Below are positions 1 through 10,400 of a stretch of 64,000 bases of DNA, one piece after another. The notes under the pieces were generated by a model, which worked only from the letters and a program-made list of their open reading frames with translations, was not told the DNA's origin and made no database searches. Source of the DNA: Gnetum montanum (lineage: Eukaryota; Plantae; Gnetophyta); contig MNCI01001687.1 in the NCBI GenBank assembly GCA_015680685.1, positions 160,255 through 224,254 of the forward strand, given 5' to 3'. The position numbers and the translations under genes are program-made. Within the stretch, counting starts at the first letter, position 1. Each line of letters starts with the position of its first letter.

Positions 1-2244
1 GTACCATTCATTAGTGTGTGTTGTACTGACGGATGCAATTGGAAGTGCGTCGAGGGTGTTGGTTATGGGCTCGAAACAGCTGGTCACGGAGCTTGGTAAT
101 GCATGAAACATGTCAGGGGATATGTTTAAAGCTAAGGTTGCTAAGGCGTCTGCAATGGTATTTTCATTCCTAGGGATATGCTGGATGTCAACCTTTTCGA
201 ACCGTTTAAGTAGGTGCTTAGCTAAATCACAGTATGGTTGTAAGTGTTGTGCTTTACACGTATAGACATCTGTGACTTGGTTTACGACTAGTTGTGAATC
301 CCCTCTTACTACAAGCTGTGTAATGTCCGAGGCTAATGCGGCCGCGAGACCTCTAAGGAGACCCTCATACTCTGCTATGTTGTTAGTACAATGAAAACTG
401 AAGCGATAGGCGAATGGCTTAATTTCTCCAGAGGGGTATGTGATCATAGCGGCAGCACTTCCTCCTCGGGAGGTGGATGCTCCGTCGAAGTTTAGAACCG
501 CCTCGTAATCATCCGGCACCGTGTCTATTGTATTTACATTCTTGTCTAGGAATTCGGGTTCTATTCTACCTGGATCATGCGTTGGCGATGTGGTCATCTG
601 ATTCGCTATGGCTTGACCCTTTACTGATGATTGTGCTACATAGTGTAGGTCAAACTCAGCTATGATTGCCTTCCAACGGGCTATCCTGCTTGACTCATAG
701 ATGTTTCCGGTTATAGCTCTGAGCACATTATCTTTACAAATTATGTTAACTTGATTTTGGAAAAGATAATGTCGCCATTTCTTTAAAGAGAAAACTAAAG
801 CTAAGCATGACTTTTCTACATCGTTATATCTCTTTTCGTGGGCAACCATTGCATGACTCAGGTAGTATACAGGTACCTCAATTCCGTCATCTCGTTTTTG
901 GCACAACATGGATGCGATCGATGATTCTGATGTTGCCAAGTAGATGTAAAACGGCCTATCGTTTTTGGGCGGGAATACGGTGGGTAACCGAGCGAGTGCT
1001 GTTTTAACGTTGTCAAATGCTTCTTGGCACTGCGATGTCCATTCAAAGCGGGTGTTTTTGCGTAGTAGGTGGTTCATAGGTGTAAGTTTTCCCGTCAAAT
1101 TTTCTATGAACCTCCTAATGAACTGCAACCGCCCTTGTAACCCTCGGAGTTCGGTTAGATTGCTAGGTGGTTTTAGGTTCATAATGGCCTTAACCTTATC
1201 GGGGTCTACCCGTATCCCTGCCTCTGAGGCTACAAATCCAAGTAATTTGCCCGTTTTGATGCCGAAAATGCATTTTTTCGGGTTAAGCCTTAGTTCGTAT
1301 TTTAGACAACGTTTTAATACTAAGTCAAGATCTCGCACGTGTTGTTCTGGCGATTTTGATTTGACCACTATGTCGTCCACGTAATCATTGAGCGAGTGTA
1401 AGATATAACCACTGAAAATATACGTCATTGCTTTTTGATACGTGGCCCCAGCATTCTTGAGACCAAAAGGCATCATTGTATAACAAAAGGTTCCCCAAGG
1501 TGTCATGAAAGTAGTTCGGAGCTAGTGTTCTGGATTGATACGTATCTGGTTATATCCTGAGAAGCCATCCATAAAGGATAATAGGGCATGCCCAGCAGTT
1601 GAGTCAACTAGTTGATCAATGCTAGGTAAGGGGAAGTCATCCTTTATGGTTGCTACGTTAAGGTCCTGGAAGTCAATGCAAAGACGAATGCTTCCGTTCT
1701 TCTTTGGGACTATGACCATGTTCGATACCCATTCGGCGTAATCAACAGCCCTAATGAAACCAGCTTGATAGAGCTTGGTAATCTCACTACGAACTGCTAA
1801 CTCCACTTCGGGTTTGACCTTTCGTGCTTTCTGTTTTACTGGCCTTAGTTTCGGGTCAAGGATGATGTTGTGCTGGACGATACGGGGGTCTAACCCGGGC
1901 ATGTCTGTATAAGACCACGCAAATGCCTTCATATTGTCCTTAATTACGTTTTCGATGTCTCTAGCCAAACTTGGTTCTAGTAGTGTGCTTAGTTTTAGGA
2001 TTTTAGTTTCCCCGTTGGGCATGGCGATAGGTGTTTCCGTTAGAGGGTCCTTGGTAATGTTTTTAGCTTCAATGTCGAGGGACTTTGTCATTCCCTCATA
2101 TTCGTCAACCGTTTGCTGTGTTGAAGCTATCGTAAAGTCGTTCGCTGATGAGTTCGCGTAAACGAGATTCGCATCGATACTCCTTTCAATTGCGCCGTAT
2201 GGTCCATCAATGACCAACGGCTCGGTCAAGCGCTTGCAATCCAT
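1..2244 (-). CDS. pol: E1 pol: reverse transcriptase, degenerate RNase H and archaeal-type RNase H (aRH); one premature TAG at 1522-1524; runs off the window
   Basis: Manual translation: WVSNMVIVPKKNGSIRLCIDF, FMDGFSGYNQI, MPFGLKNAGATYQ, YVDD (1372-1383), RH FYIYLATS...YNDVEKSCLALVF, aRH LNFDGAS (FDGAS 475-489)...TNNIAEYEG...GDSQLV...RNENTIADALA. The frame is open from 1521 to position 1. Confidence 0.95.
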
Positions 2245-2351
2245 TAGGCAAGTTCCTGTCAATGAATGGAAAGTCTGATAAGATAGTGGAGGTCGTTTCA
2301 GGTCTTTCAGCAATCTTTAGCGTACATGTGTGAAAATGAGTTAGCATGATA

Positions 2352-2449
2352 AACGAACGGCAGTTTAATGCCTTACCGGGCAATGAACGGCAGTTTAATG
2401 CCTTACCGGGCGACAGACGGCAGTTTAATGCCTTACCGGGCAACGAACG
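2352..2449 (-). repeat. 30-bp tandem repeat x3 upstream of pol (hairpin-motif array)
   Basis: Plus-strand unit aacgaacggcagtttaatgccttaccgggc; element-sense core GCC-CGGTAA-GGC-ATTAAACTG. Confidence 0.9.
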
Positions 2450-2597
2450 CCGAAATTTGTTGTTTGTGTCGTTTTTGTGTGTAGGTTTTATATCTTTTTT
2501 GAAAAATTCAAAACGGATTCGAAAAAGCGCAAAAAACGAGGCAAAAAGCGAGAAAAACGGAAAAGTGGCGGCGGCGTCAGCGTCAGCGTGAACGCGC

Positions 2598-2635
2598 TAT
2601 AAATAGGAAGCGGGGGCGTCATTTTGTCATTTCAC
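2598..2635 (+). promoter_or_regulatory. TATA box and initiator-like site of the antisense gene
   Basis: TATAAATA at 2598-2605 with TTGTCATTTCAC about 25-30 nt downstream. The same arrangement occurs in E2 (CATAAATA near 15064...CCATTTTCAC) and E5 (minus, 53691-53698...TTGTCATTCTCAC). Confidence 0.7.
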
Positions 2636-2736
2636 TTTTGGAACGTGAGCGTGAACCGAGAGCGAAACCCCAGCGTGAACGCCGAGCCAAACCTAAGCCG
2701 TGCACGCCGAGAAGGAACCCCAGCGTATATGCCGAG

Positions 2737-5700
2737 ATGGGCAGAGGTAAAGAACTGGAAGGCCGAGGGCAGAAAGGACCTGAACTGACGTTCGCGGAGG
2801 AGAGCCAGGCGATGCTGCAAGGTCTACCCCGCCCGAGCGTCTCCGCGTGGCCCGGATCTTCTCGCAGGTAGGCCTTTGACCCTGTTTTCATTAATTTTTC
2901 ATTTTCGCAGTGTAGGATTTCGGCGTATACGCCGAGCGTGAAGGGTTGTGGCAGCATGGACGCCACGTGCGTTGTTTTCGGCGCAGGGTTTTTAGGGTTT
3001 TCCTGTTTTTCACACGCCGGGCGTATACGCCAAGCGTGACTATTTTTCGCACGCCGGGCGTATACGCCAAGCGTGGCTGTTTTTCGCACGTCAGGCGTAT
3101 ACGCCAAGCGTGACTGTTTTTAGCACACCGGGCGTATACGCCAAGCGTGGCTGTTTTTCGCACGCCGGGCGTATACGCCCAGCGTGACCTGGGAAATATT
3201 CTGTAAGCGTCTGAAAAGCTTGAAATTTTGGATATTGACTTTTGGCGTCTTTTAATGATTTGCAGAGACGTTGAGACTCCCCTTCTTGTGATCGAGCTGG
3301 TTGGGGTCCTGACATGGTTTGGTCCTTTGGAGGGTAATGACCCGACCCCGAACTTGGTCGTTGAACATAATGGGGTCTGGTTCCGAGACGGGGCCTGCGA
3401 ATTTCTGGCTTTCTTGCTAGACTATTTCGATGTTGTGGTCTGGTCTCATCTAGGCAGTGATGTGGCACGGAGCATTATTGAGGCTATGCTACCCGGCGCA
3501 GCGGAAGGCGTCAGGATCTTCATGGAGGACGTTGATGAGGGGCCACTTGTTGCCGAGGGCGTTCCCCCCGGTGGTCCGAAATCGACCCGTCCGTTAACCC
3601 GTGTGTGGGACCAGCTGCCGCGGGGCGCCAACTACCTCAACAACACACTGTTCCTAGCAAGGCGTGCGCATACTTTGTTCCAGAATCCACCTGGCACTGT
3701 ATACCGGGTGGAGAGGTAATTTCGTCCTAACCTTGATTGTTCTCTTCTTTCTCACATTCAAATATTTACTCCCATTTTGACACATGTTTTCGCTTTCCCG
3801 CAGACCGAAAATTACACTAGATGGGGCCTACGCGGGTGATGATGGGATTGGGTTGGCCCGCACGGCCGTGAAAGCATTCATGGTGGGTCCCACACTGCGC
3901 GGGACCGTTTTGGCTCATACTAGGGATGCCATGAGGAATTTCCCCAAGAAATTTTTGAAGGCATTTGCGCAATGTGCCGCATGTGGTTGGTTACATGCTG
4001 ACTGGGCTCCTAATAGACCGGTTTTTCCTCCCGCCTCTGATCTGGGCGAAACTTCGAGGTCCAACACTGTAAGTAAGTGGCCAGGTTTTCTAAATGTCGT
4101 GTTTGGTTTGATCGATTGTCAAGTATTGCGCTCATGTGAGGGTTTCGGGTTTGCCTTTATAGCTGGCACCACCTCCGGCAGGGATTCTGTCATGACTGGG
4201 AGGACCGAGGCTACTCTCTCAATGAAATTTGGTGAAACCAATGCGGCTCAGAAGTGGCTTCGATCGAAGGCTTCGCCATCCATTGTCGCCTGCTTGGAGC
4301 ATGCCGGCCTCATGGTGCTCTTTGCTGCCCCTAGCCCAAACGTTTCTATAGCGGAGATGATCGGGATTGTAGATTCATTCGATAGACCCGTCTCTTGCTA
4401 TAGCACCCGTGTCAGGGGCGTTAACGTGATTTTCGAATTGTCACCTCAATTTCTCGCAGATTTGTTTGGCGTACCTGCTAGTGGCATAAAAGTTGTTATG
4501 GACAGGATACATAAAGAAATTGAGATGGTCCGTGATTTAGAGGATTGGCTAGGGATTAGGAAGGGTACCAAAGGGTTCCCAATGCAGGGGAAAACAAAGG
4601 TTGAGGAAGTTAACGAACTCTACCCCTTATTTAGAGCGCGTTTGTTCCCAAAGACGCTATCACAAGTCAAGACTTTCGGTGTTGAAGCCGTGCGGGTTAT
4701 GCGCACTATTCTGGAGGCTGGTGTGCGTTATAACTGGGCGGATTTTTTATTAGCAGGGATGACCAAGGATATAGAGCGGATGCGTTCAAATATAGAGGCG
4801 CAATCCCATTTTACTTTTGCCTTCTTTGCTGGCTATATCCGTCGCTTGGTTGAATTCTTGGTGGTTCGTGGGGAAGGCAAGTTTGTTTTGCGTGATAGAT
4901 ATCAGTTGTCTCGCCCCTGGGTGAACCACCTATTCGACACCGCCAAGTCCTAAGACGCCCCCGAGGGGATCGATGAATCCCTTACGATTACCACGGGTGG
5001 ATCGTCTGGCCCTTCGCTCCACACACGCGACAGCCTAGGGGTGGAACCCAATGGAGTACCTCCAACTTCAAGGAAGGCGGAGCGGGTGGTAAAGGAGATA
5101 ATTGGCAAAGTGAAGTCCAAACTGGGGAAGCGCAACAGCACAACCGAGGGAACCAGCGAAATTGAGCAGCCTAGAGTAAAGCGGATCCGATTCAAGATTC
5201 CTGGTAAATTTCTTGCCTTTTATTTCACTTGTCTTACACATAATTTTAACTGTTACTGGTTGTGTGCAACTGACTTGGCTTATCTTGAATTGAGCAGTCG
5301 AGAGACATGACCTTCCGCCTATACCAGAAGACGAGGAATTGACCGATCCGGCGGGAGGCACCGAATTGCTGGAGGAGGTGACTGGAGGAACCGGGGGTAC
5401 TGAACCCCTGGACGACCAAGCGGAAACTGAAGAAATGCTTAAAAGCTTTCTTACAGGGGACCTTGATCTTGGAGACCCTCCAACCCAAGAGGAGATCAGA
5501 AGGAACGGTATGTCTTATTGCTCCGTTATTCAGCCTAATATGTTCTTGGATTACCCTATTATGACGTGTTTTCGTTTGATTCAGAGGAGGGTGAGACCGT
5601 CTCAGAGAAGGAACAAGAGATCCCTCCTGAAGTGTCTCCGAAGGCTAGCTCTTCGCGCACCGATGGTCCTTTTACTTGGATGGAGATGCCAAGTAAAAAG

Positions 5701-6773
5701 GATTTCGTGGCTGGGGTGGCCGAAGAGGTTGTCGAACGGATCGAGAGGATCAACCCCAATATAGGTATGGGTGTATCTAAAGTTTTTGTTTTAGAGTTGG
5801 ATGCTTAGTCCCATTTGTTTTAACGTTTACCTTTTTCCCACGAACAGGCGCCCAGCTAAGGTGGGACCCATCCGAGCCCGTNNNNNNNNNNNNNNNNNNN
5901 NNNNNNNNNNNNNNNNNNNNNNNNNNNNNNNNNNNNNNNNNNNNNNNNNNNNNAACAATTGTGGCTTCAAATTCAGGACAAAGAGAAAGAGAATTCTGCC
6001 TTGTCAAAAGAACGTGATGATTTGAAGGCCCGCTATGAGTTCACAACAGCTAGGTTAAACAATGATCGCTTTTGGCGGACATCCGAGGTCACCTATACAA
6101 GGTATTGGGACCTTCTTAATCGCCATGCAGGGCTGATACGGAGGCTGGGGGAGCGAAGAGCCCAAATTGACCTGCTGAACACCAAGTGTCAAGATTGGAA
6201 GGCCTTTGCCTCCAATGTTCGCAAATGGGGACAAGACGAAAAGAACCACAAGCACCAATACAAAAAGTTGCTAAAAGAAGTTTCAATTGAGAAGCGACAG
6301 TTAGAGATGTTTGTGGAAGGTCTGGGTCTGCGCTCCGCTTTTAACACCTTTGCCCAGAACACAATTGTGGAGATGGAGTCTCCGAAACGGCGGATAACAA
6401 CAGCTTCTGGGGAGGTGTCGGTAGGTGAATTCCCTCTGAAACGCCCCACCTGGTCAGCGGTCGATAAGGACAAGGCTTTGGCTGATATAGACTTGGGTCT
6501 GGATGGGACGGATTGGGCTAGTGTTCCTGAAGAGGAGATCCTGCGACGACTTGAATTTGGCCTGGGGGGACCTCCTATGGTCAGCGTTTTGTCTCTTTTT
6601 GTTTTTGGAGTTTGAAATTCCGACATTCACTTTTGCCTTTTTGTTGACTGTTTCATTTTTGGTCTTTTCAGGATGAAGGTGGGGACGAGACTGGCGAAGT
6701 TGGCTCCAGTGGAGCAGGGGTGTCTGGTGCTGGTGAGCCTGAGGAGGATGATCCACATGGCCCAAACGCTTAG
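2737..6773 (+). CDS. E1 antisense accessory gene, 8 exons, about 1040 aa: FCP1/NIF-like pseudo-phosphatase, plant-transposon-protein-like domain, acidic linker, coiled coil; one premature TAA at 4951 and an N gap
   Basis: Exons 2737-2867, 3266-3715, 3804-4072, 4163-5203, 5298-5507, 5585-5764, 5848-6579, 6672-6773. All 7 introns are GT-AG (398, 88, 90, 94, 77, 83, 92 bp) and every junction preserves the frame. Homologous exons occur in E2, E3 and E5. Confidence 0.85.
2922..3187. repeat. CpG-rich 36-37-bp tandem repeat (about 5 copies plus one outlier) in intron 1 of the antisense gene
   Basis: Unit cacgccgggcgtatacgccaagcgtg(a/g)ct(a/g)tttttcg containing the palindrome GGCGTATACGCC. Confidence 0.9.
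3266..3715 (+). CDS. Exon 2: FCP1/SCP (NLI-interacting-factor, HAD-fold) phosphatase-like domain lacking catalytic Asp residues
   Basis: LLVIELVGVL ~ LLVLDLNGxL (motif I); VWFRDGACEFLAFLLDYFDVVVWS ~ KRPxxxEFLxFCFxxFxVxVWS; RPLTRVWDQ ~ KDLxKVW; NNTLFLARR...FQNPPGT ~ NTLLIDDSP...NPPxT. Motif recognition, not an HMM hit. Confidence 0.75.
4163..4950 (+). CDS. Exon 4 (5' part): domain resembling the putative plant transposon protein (Transposase_32-like accessory ORF family)
   Basis: VRGVNVIFELSPQFLADLFGVP and RYNWADFLLAGM...FFAGYIRRLVEF. Homologous segments in E2 (VHEVQVVIDINDQLFMDLFGVP) and E3 (MHNVRVSFDINDQMLTKIFGIS). Confidence 0.55.
5882..5953. other. Assembly gap (72 N) inside exon 7
   Basis: N run. 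The homologous segment in E2/E3 is about 40 codons, so the true gap is probably longer than 72 bp. Confidence 0.95.
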
Positions 6774-7019
6774 CATTTTAGCATTTTTCTGGTTTTTCAA
6801 TTCAAGCTTGTACTGGAACTGTGATGGCATTAACAGGGATTGTTGACTGTATGTAACAACATGCATATATATCTATATATGGTTTTTTTCCCTTCTTCTT
6901 TTTTTTTTTTTTTTTTTGATTTTGGGTTTAACATACCATAGAAATATAAAATATTTTGATTTGTTTTTGTTTTAAGTGCGATGCAGGAAGCGATTAAAAG
7001 GAGGATGAAAAGCTGATAC

Positions 7020-7106
7020 TAGTTTATGGCCATTTCGGGCCCCATGCGTAGTTTATGGCCATTTCGGGCCCCATGCGTAGTTTATGGCCATTTCGGGCCC
7101 CATGCG
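7020..7106 (-). repeat. 29-bp tandem repeat x3 (hairpin-motif array)
   Basis: Plus-strand unit tagtttatggccatttcgggccccatgcg; element-sense GGCC-CGAAAT-GGCC-ATAAACTA. Confidence 0.92.
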
Positions 7107-7253
7107 TAACTAAAGAATGTTTTGGAGAATGCGGGTAGATTTCTCGGATAACCGATCATTGCTGATCGTGGCTAGTTTTATGTCATTGCGGACATGATAG
7201 TTTAGTGTCATTTCGGACCGGGAGTGACTCTTGATTGTTTTTTTTTTTTATCA

Positions 7254-7464
7254 TAGTTTAATGTCATTTCGGACTTTTTATAGTTTAACGTCATTTCGGA
7301 CTTTTTATAGTTTAACGTCATTTCGGACTTTTTATAGTTTAACATCATTTCGGACTATTTATAGTTTAACGTCATTTCGGACTTTTTATAGTTTAACGTC
7401 ATTTCGGACTTTTTATAGTTTAACATCATTTCGGACTTTTTATAGTTTAACGTCATTTTGGACT
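7254..7464 (-). repeat. 27-bp tandem repeat x8 immediately after the gag-pro stop (hairpin-motif array)
   Basis: Plus-strand unit tagtttaacgtcatttcggacttttta; element-sense GTC-CGAAAT-GAC-GTTAAACTA. Confidence 0.95.
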
Positions 7465-7477
7465 AAGGATTAGCTTT

Positions 7478-10400
7478 CTATTTTAATTGTTTCTTGATAT
7501 TCTTTATTTTTAAATCAGTGGATGTACTGATAGGCACTATTTTATATTCAGCATCTCCCTCGCTGATTACGTTGAATGGAAATTCAGCCCAGGGGACGTT
7601 TGTTGGAATATTTTCGGTGTTTGTATTTTCGAGGGTTTCAGTATTGGTTGTTATTTCCGCGTTGTCTCCTTCATGGGGCTGCAGGTATAGTATGTCAGAT
7701 GGAGGCGTTTTGGTGTTAGGAGACTTTTAATCCGTGACAGAGGGCTTGCCATCTGTTGGCGATCGGGGGTTCTCGTCATTTGGACTAGGTTTTTCGATCT
7801 CTATTTGTGACCCTTGCTCTATTTCTAAGCTTGAAGAGATTATGGGAATTGTCGCTTCCCCATGTATAACGACCTCTCCGCCCTCGTAGGGCAGGTGAAT
7901 TTCCTGATGTATGGGAGATGATACGGCTCTTAACTGGGCTAACCAGGGCCTTCCTAAGATGAGATTGAACCCTGGCATCTCATCGACTACCAAGAAATCA
8001 GCGGATGTAGGGAACTGGTTTCCCGCTATAAAGTCAAGGGTTATCGTGCCCTTGACTAATACACGCGACCCGCTGAAGGATTTCAAACATGCAGTTGTCG
8101 TGGGTTTGATCGCGTCTGTAAGTCCCAATTGTTCGATGATTGGATATGGCACAACATTAGTGGCTGCCCCATCATCTACATGTACCCTATGTATCTTAAA
8201 TTGGTTTATATGTATGGTTATAAACATGGGGGTCGTCGTCGTCTCGCCGGTTGTTTTATCTGTTTTGATGCTCTCGTCACGAAAGCTTAAGGCGTTAGGG
8301 CTGACCCCGCGAGGAGAATACATCACCGCATGGATTGCTGGTTCGCTCGGAGGCAAGTCCTCACTAACCGGGATAGATGTTAACATGCGTACAAGCGCTT
8401 CGCGGTGAGTCTGGGAAGTCAACACTAAATCATATAAGCTTAGAGACGTGTTTTTTTGTTTCAGTGCCTGAGTGACTTGCATTAGGACCGTCGTGAAATC
8501 CCTGCTGTCAGGAGCATTTTGGTTGAGAGGGACTGGGTCCATCGGGCCCAGGAGTTTTATCTCGCGTTTTTGTGATTTGTCGTTCTTGCGGATGTTAGCA
8601 GTGTCGCGTTGTTCGTGCGTCCGAGAGGTTTCGCCGCTGCTGCCTACGTCCAGTTGATTATCAGATGATGCCATAGGCATGGAGCTGAGAGGTGTTGGTT
8701 TAGGTGGCCCCACGGCTAGCCGTTGGCGTTCCTTCTCCACGCGTTCGCGTGTGAGCCTGTCTGCTAGGCGTTCTCGCGTGTTACAAGGACTTGGCCTCGG
8801 ACCCTGGGATTGTCCAGGGACCTTTACGACATATGGAGCAAGACGGGGTTGTGGGTATGACTGGGCAGGAGCTTGTGCGGGCACTCGGACGACGTATGGA
8901 GTTGGCCTTAGTGGAGATGGGACCTCCGTCATTGCAACCGCAGGTGGTACTCGGGCTACAAAGGGGGTAGGCCGAGCGTAAGATGTCGTTGTGCTCGTGG
9001 GATTAACGGGGGGAATGTGCACCACGTAGGGTTGTTGGCGCGTCGTCATGTTGGGGATGGGTGTAATCGAGGGTACTCGAACTACGTATGGCCGCTGCAG
9101 GGTACGAGATGTCTGGGGTGCGAGCATAGGCTCATGGAGAGGGATTTGAACTACAAACGGCTTGTTAGATATTTTCTTATTCTCCGGGTGTATCATATTA
9201 ATGTGGGGTGTGTCGGGCTCATCGTCACAGTAAATCGTGCTAATTGTGTATGGAGCCTCCTTAGTATTTAGGGGGTCTTAGTACACTCCCATGGTTTGAT
9301 TTTGTGGTTGGACGGGGTTAGCTCCGTCAAACGTGATGCTACCTTTGTCAATCATCCGTTGGATATCCTGCTTCAAAGTAAAATAGTAATCTGTTCCATG
9401 TCCCGGTCTTTGATGATAGTCGCAAAAGCGATCCATCCGGAACCCTTTGGGCACGGGGGGCTCATCTAGGGTTGCTAGGCTCGGATTCTGTACGAGTTGA
9501 CAGAATCGGTCGTGTCTTTGAATGGCTGCAGGGGATAATTGTTTGTGGCTCATCGACCCAGCCTTTAAGAGCTGATCGAAGAGTTGAGAAGGCTTCATTG
9601 GCAGAGGCGTATATTGAGAGGGTTCTTTCCTCTCAAAATTCCGTGTACGGTTTGTCGGATTCTACTGCGGTGATGATTCTTGTGCGGTGGTTGCGGGCTG
9701 GGGGTGATAGTAGTTAGTAGGTGGCGTCGGCGGCTTTTGTTGTTGCGTCCCTGCTACGGCCGCTATAGTGGTTTTAGTCTTTTCTTTGTCTTTCTTAGTA
9801 TGTTGACTCTTAAAGTCTATGTAGGCCGGATCGTGACTGTTTTGGGCAGCTTCTTCAATGTTCTTAATTTGCTCGAACGCTTGATTGAGATCTCGCGCAT
9901 TGAGGTAATACAGTTTAGATTTAAAGAAATCGTTGACTGCCCCTTTTAGGATCGTAAGTAGGTAAAATGGGGAGATCGGTTCATGAAGCTTGTTCAGAGC
10001 TGCGTTCCATCTTTGAATAAATTTTTGGATCGGTTCGAGAGGCCCCTGCTTAATCTGCATGAGGCTATCCAGCGTTGGCTCGGGTTTCAAGTTGTACTTA
10101 AACCGGGTCACAAACTGACGTATAAGATCATCCAAAGCACAGATGGAGTTCCTGGGCAAGGCGCGGTACCAATCGAGTGCCCTTCCCGTGAGGGACATGG
10201 GGAACACCCGGAGGACAGCGTGAGGCCAAGCTTGGAGCAGGGCACATTCCAATCGGAATGTTATGAGATGGGCGTTAGGATCTGTCTCGCCGTTATACTT
10301 AGTTAATGTCGGCAAGGGAACACCTTTGGGCAAGGTTAAAGGTGGGAAAGAGGAGCTGATGGGGTCATCATTATAGAAATCTACTACTTTCATCTCCCCA

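Noticed and set aside
965-1384. Plus-strand ORFs opposite gag/pol (also 7911-8408, 35329-35958 and similar)
   Set aside because: Antisense shadows of conserved coding frames; no independent motifs or splice structure.
2737-6773. Host FCP1-like gene flanked by transposons, or an env gene
   Set aside because: It recurs at the same internal position in four elements, one TSD-bounded. The hydrophobic ORF tails are read-through into introns, so there is no transmembrane segment.
6884-6918. Poly(T) run as a LINE/SINE or processed-gene tail
   Set aside because: No TSD or non-LTR body; the gene retains its introns and lies on the T-rich strand, so this is more likely a U-rich 3' UTR.
7020-7464. CRISPR-like repeat/spacer array (also 57715-58135)
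   Set aside because: Spacers are very short or identical, repeats are degenerate, there are no cas genes, and the context is a eukaryotic retrotransposon.
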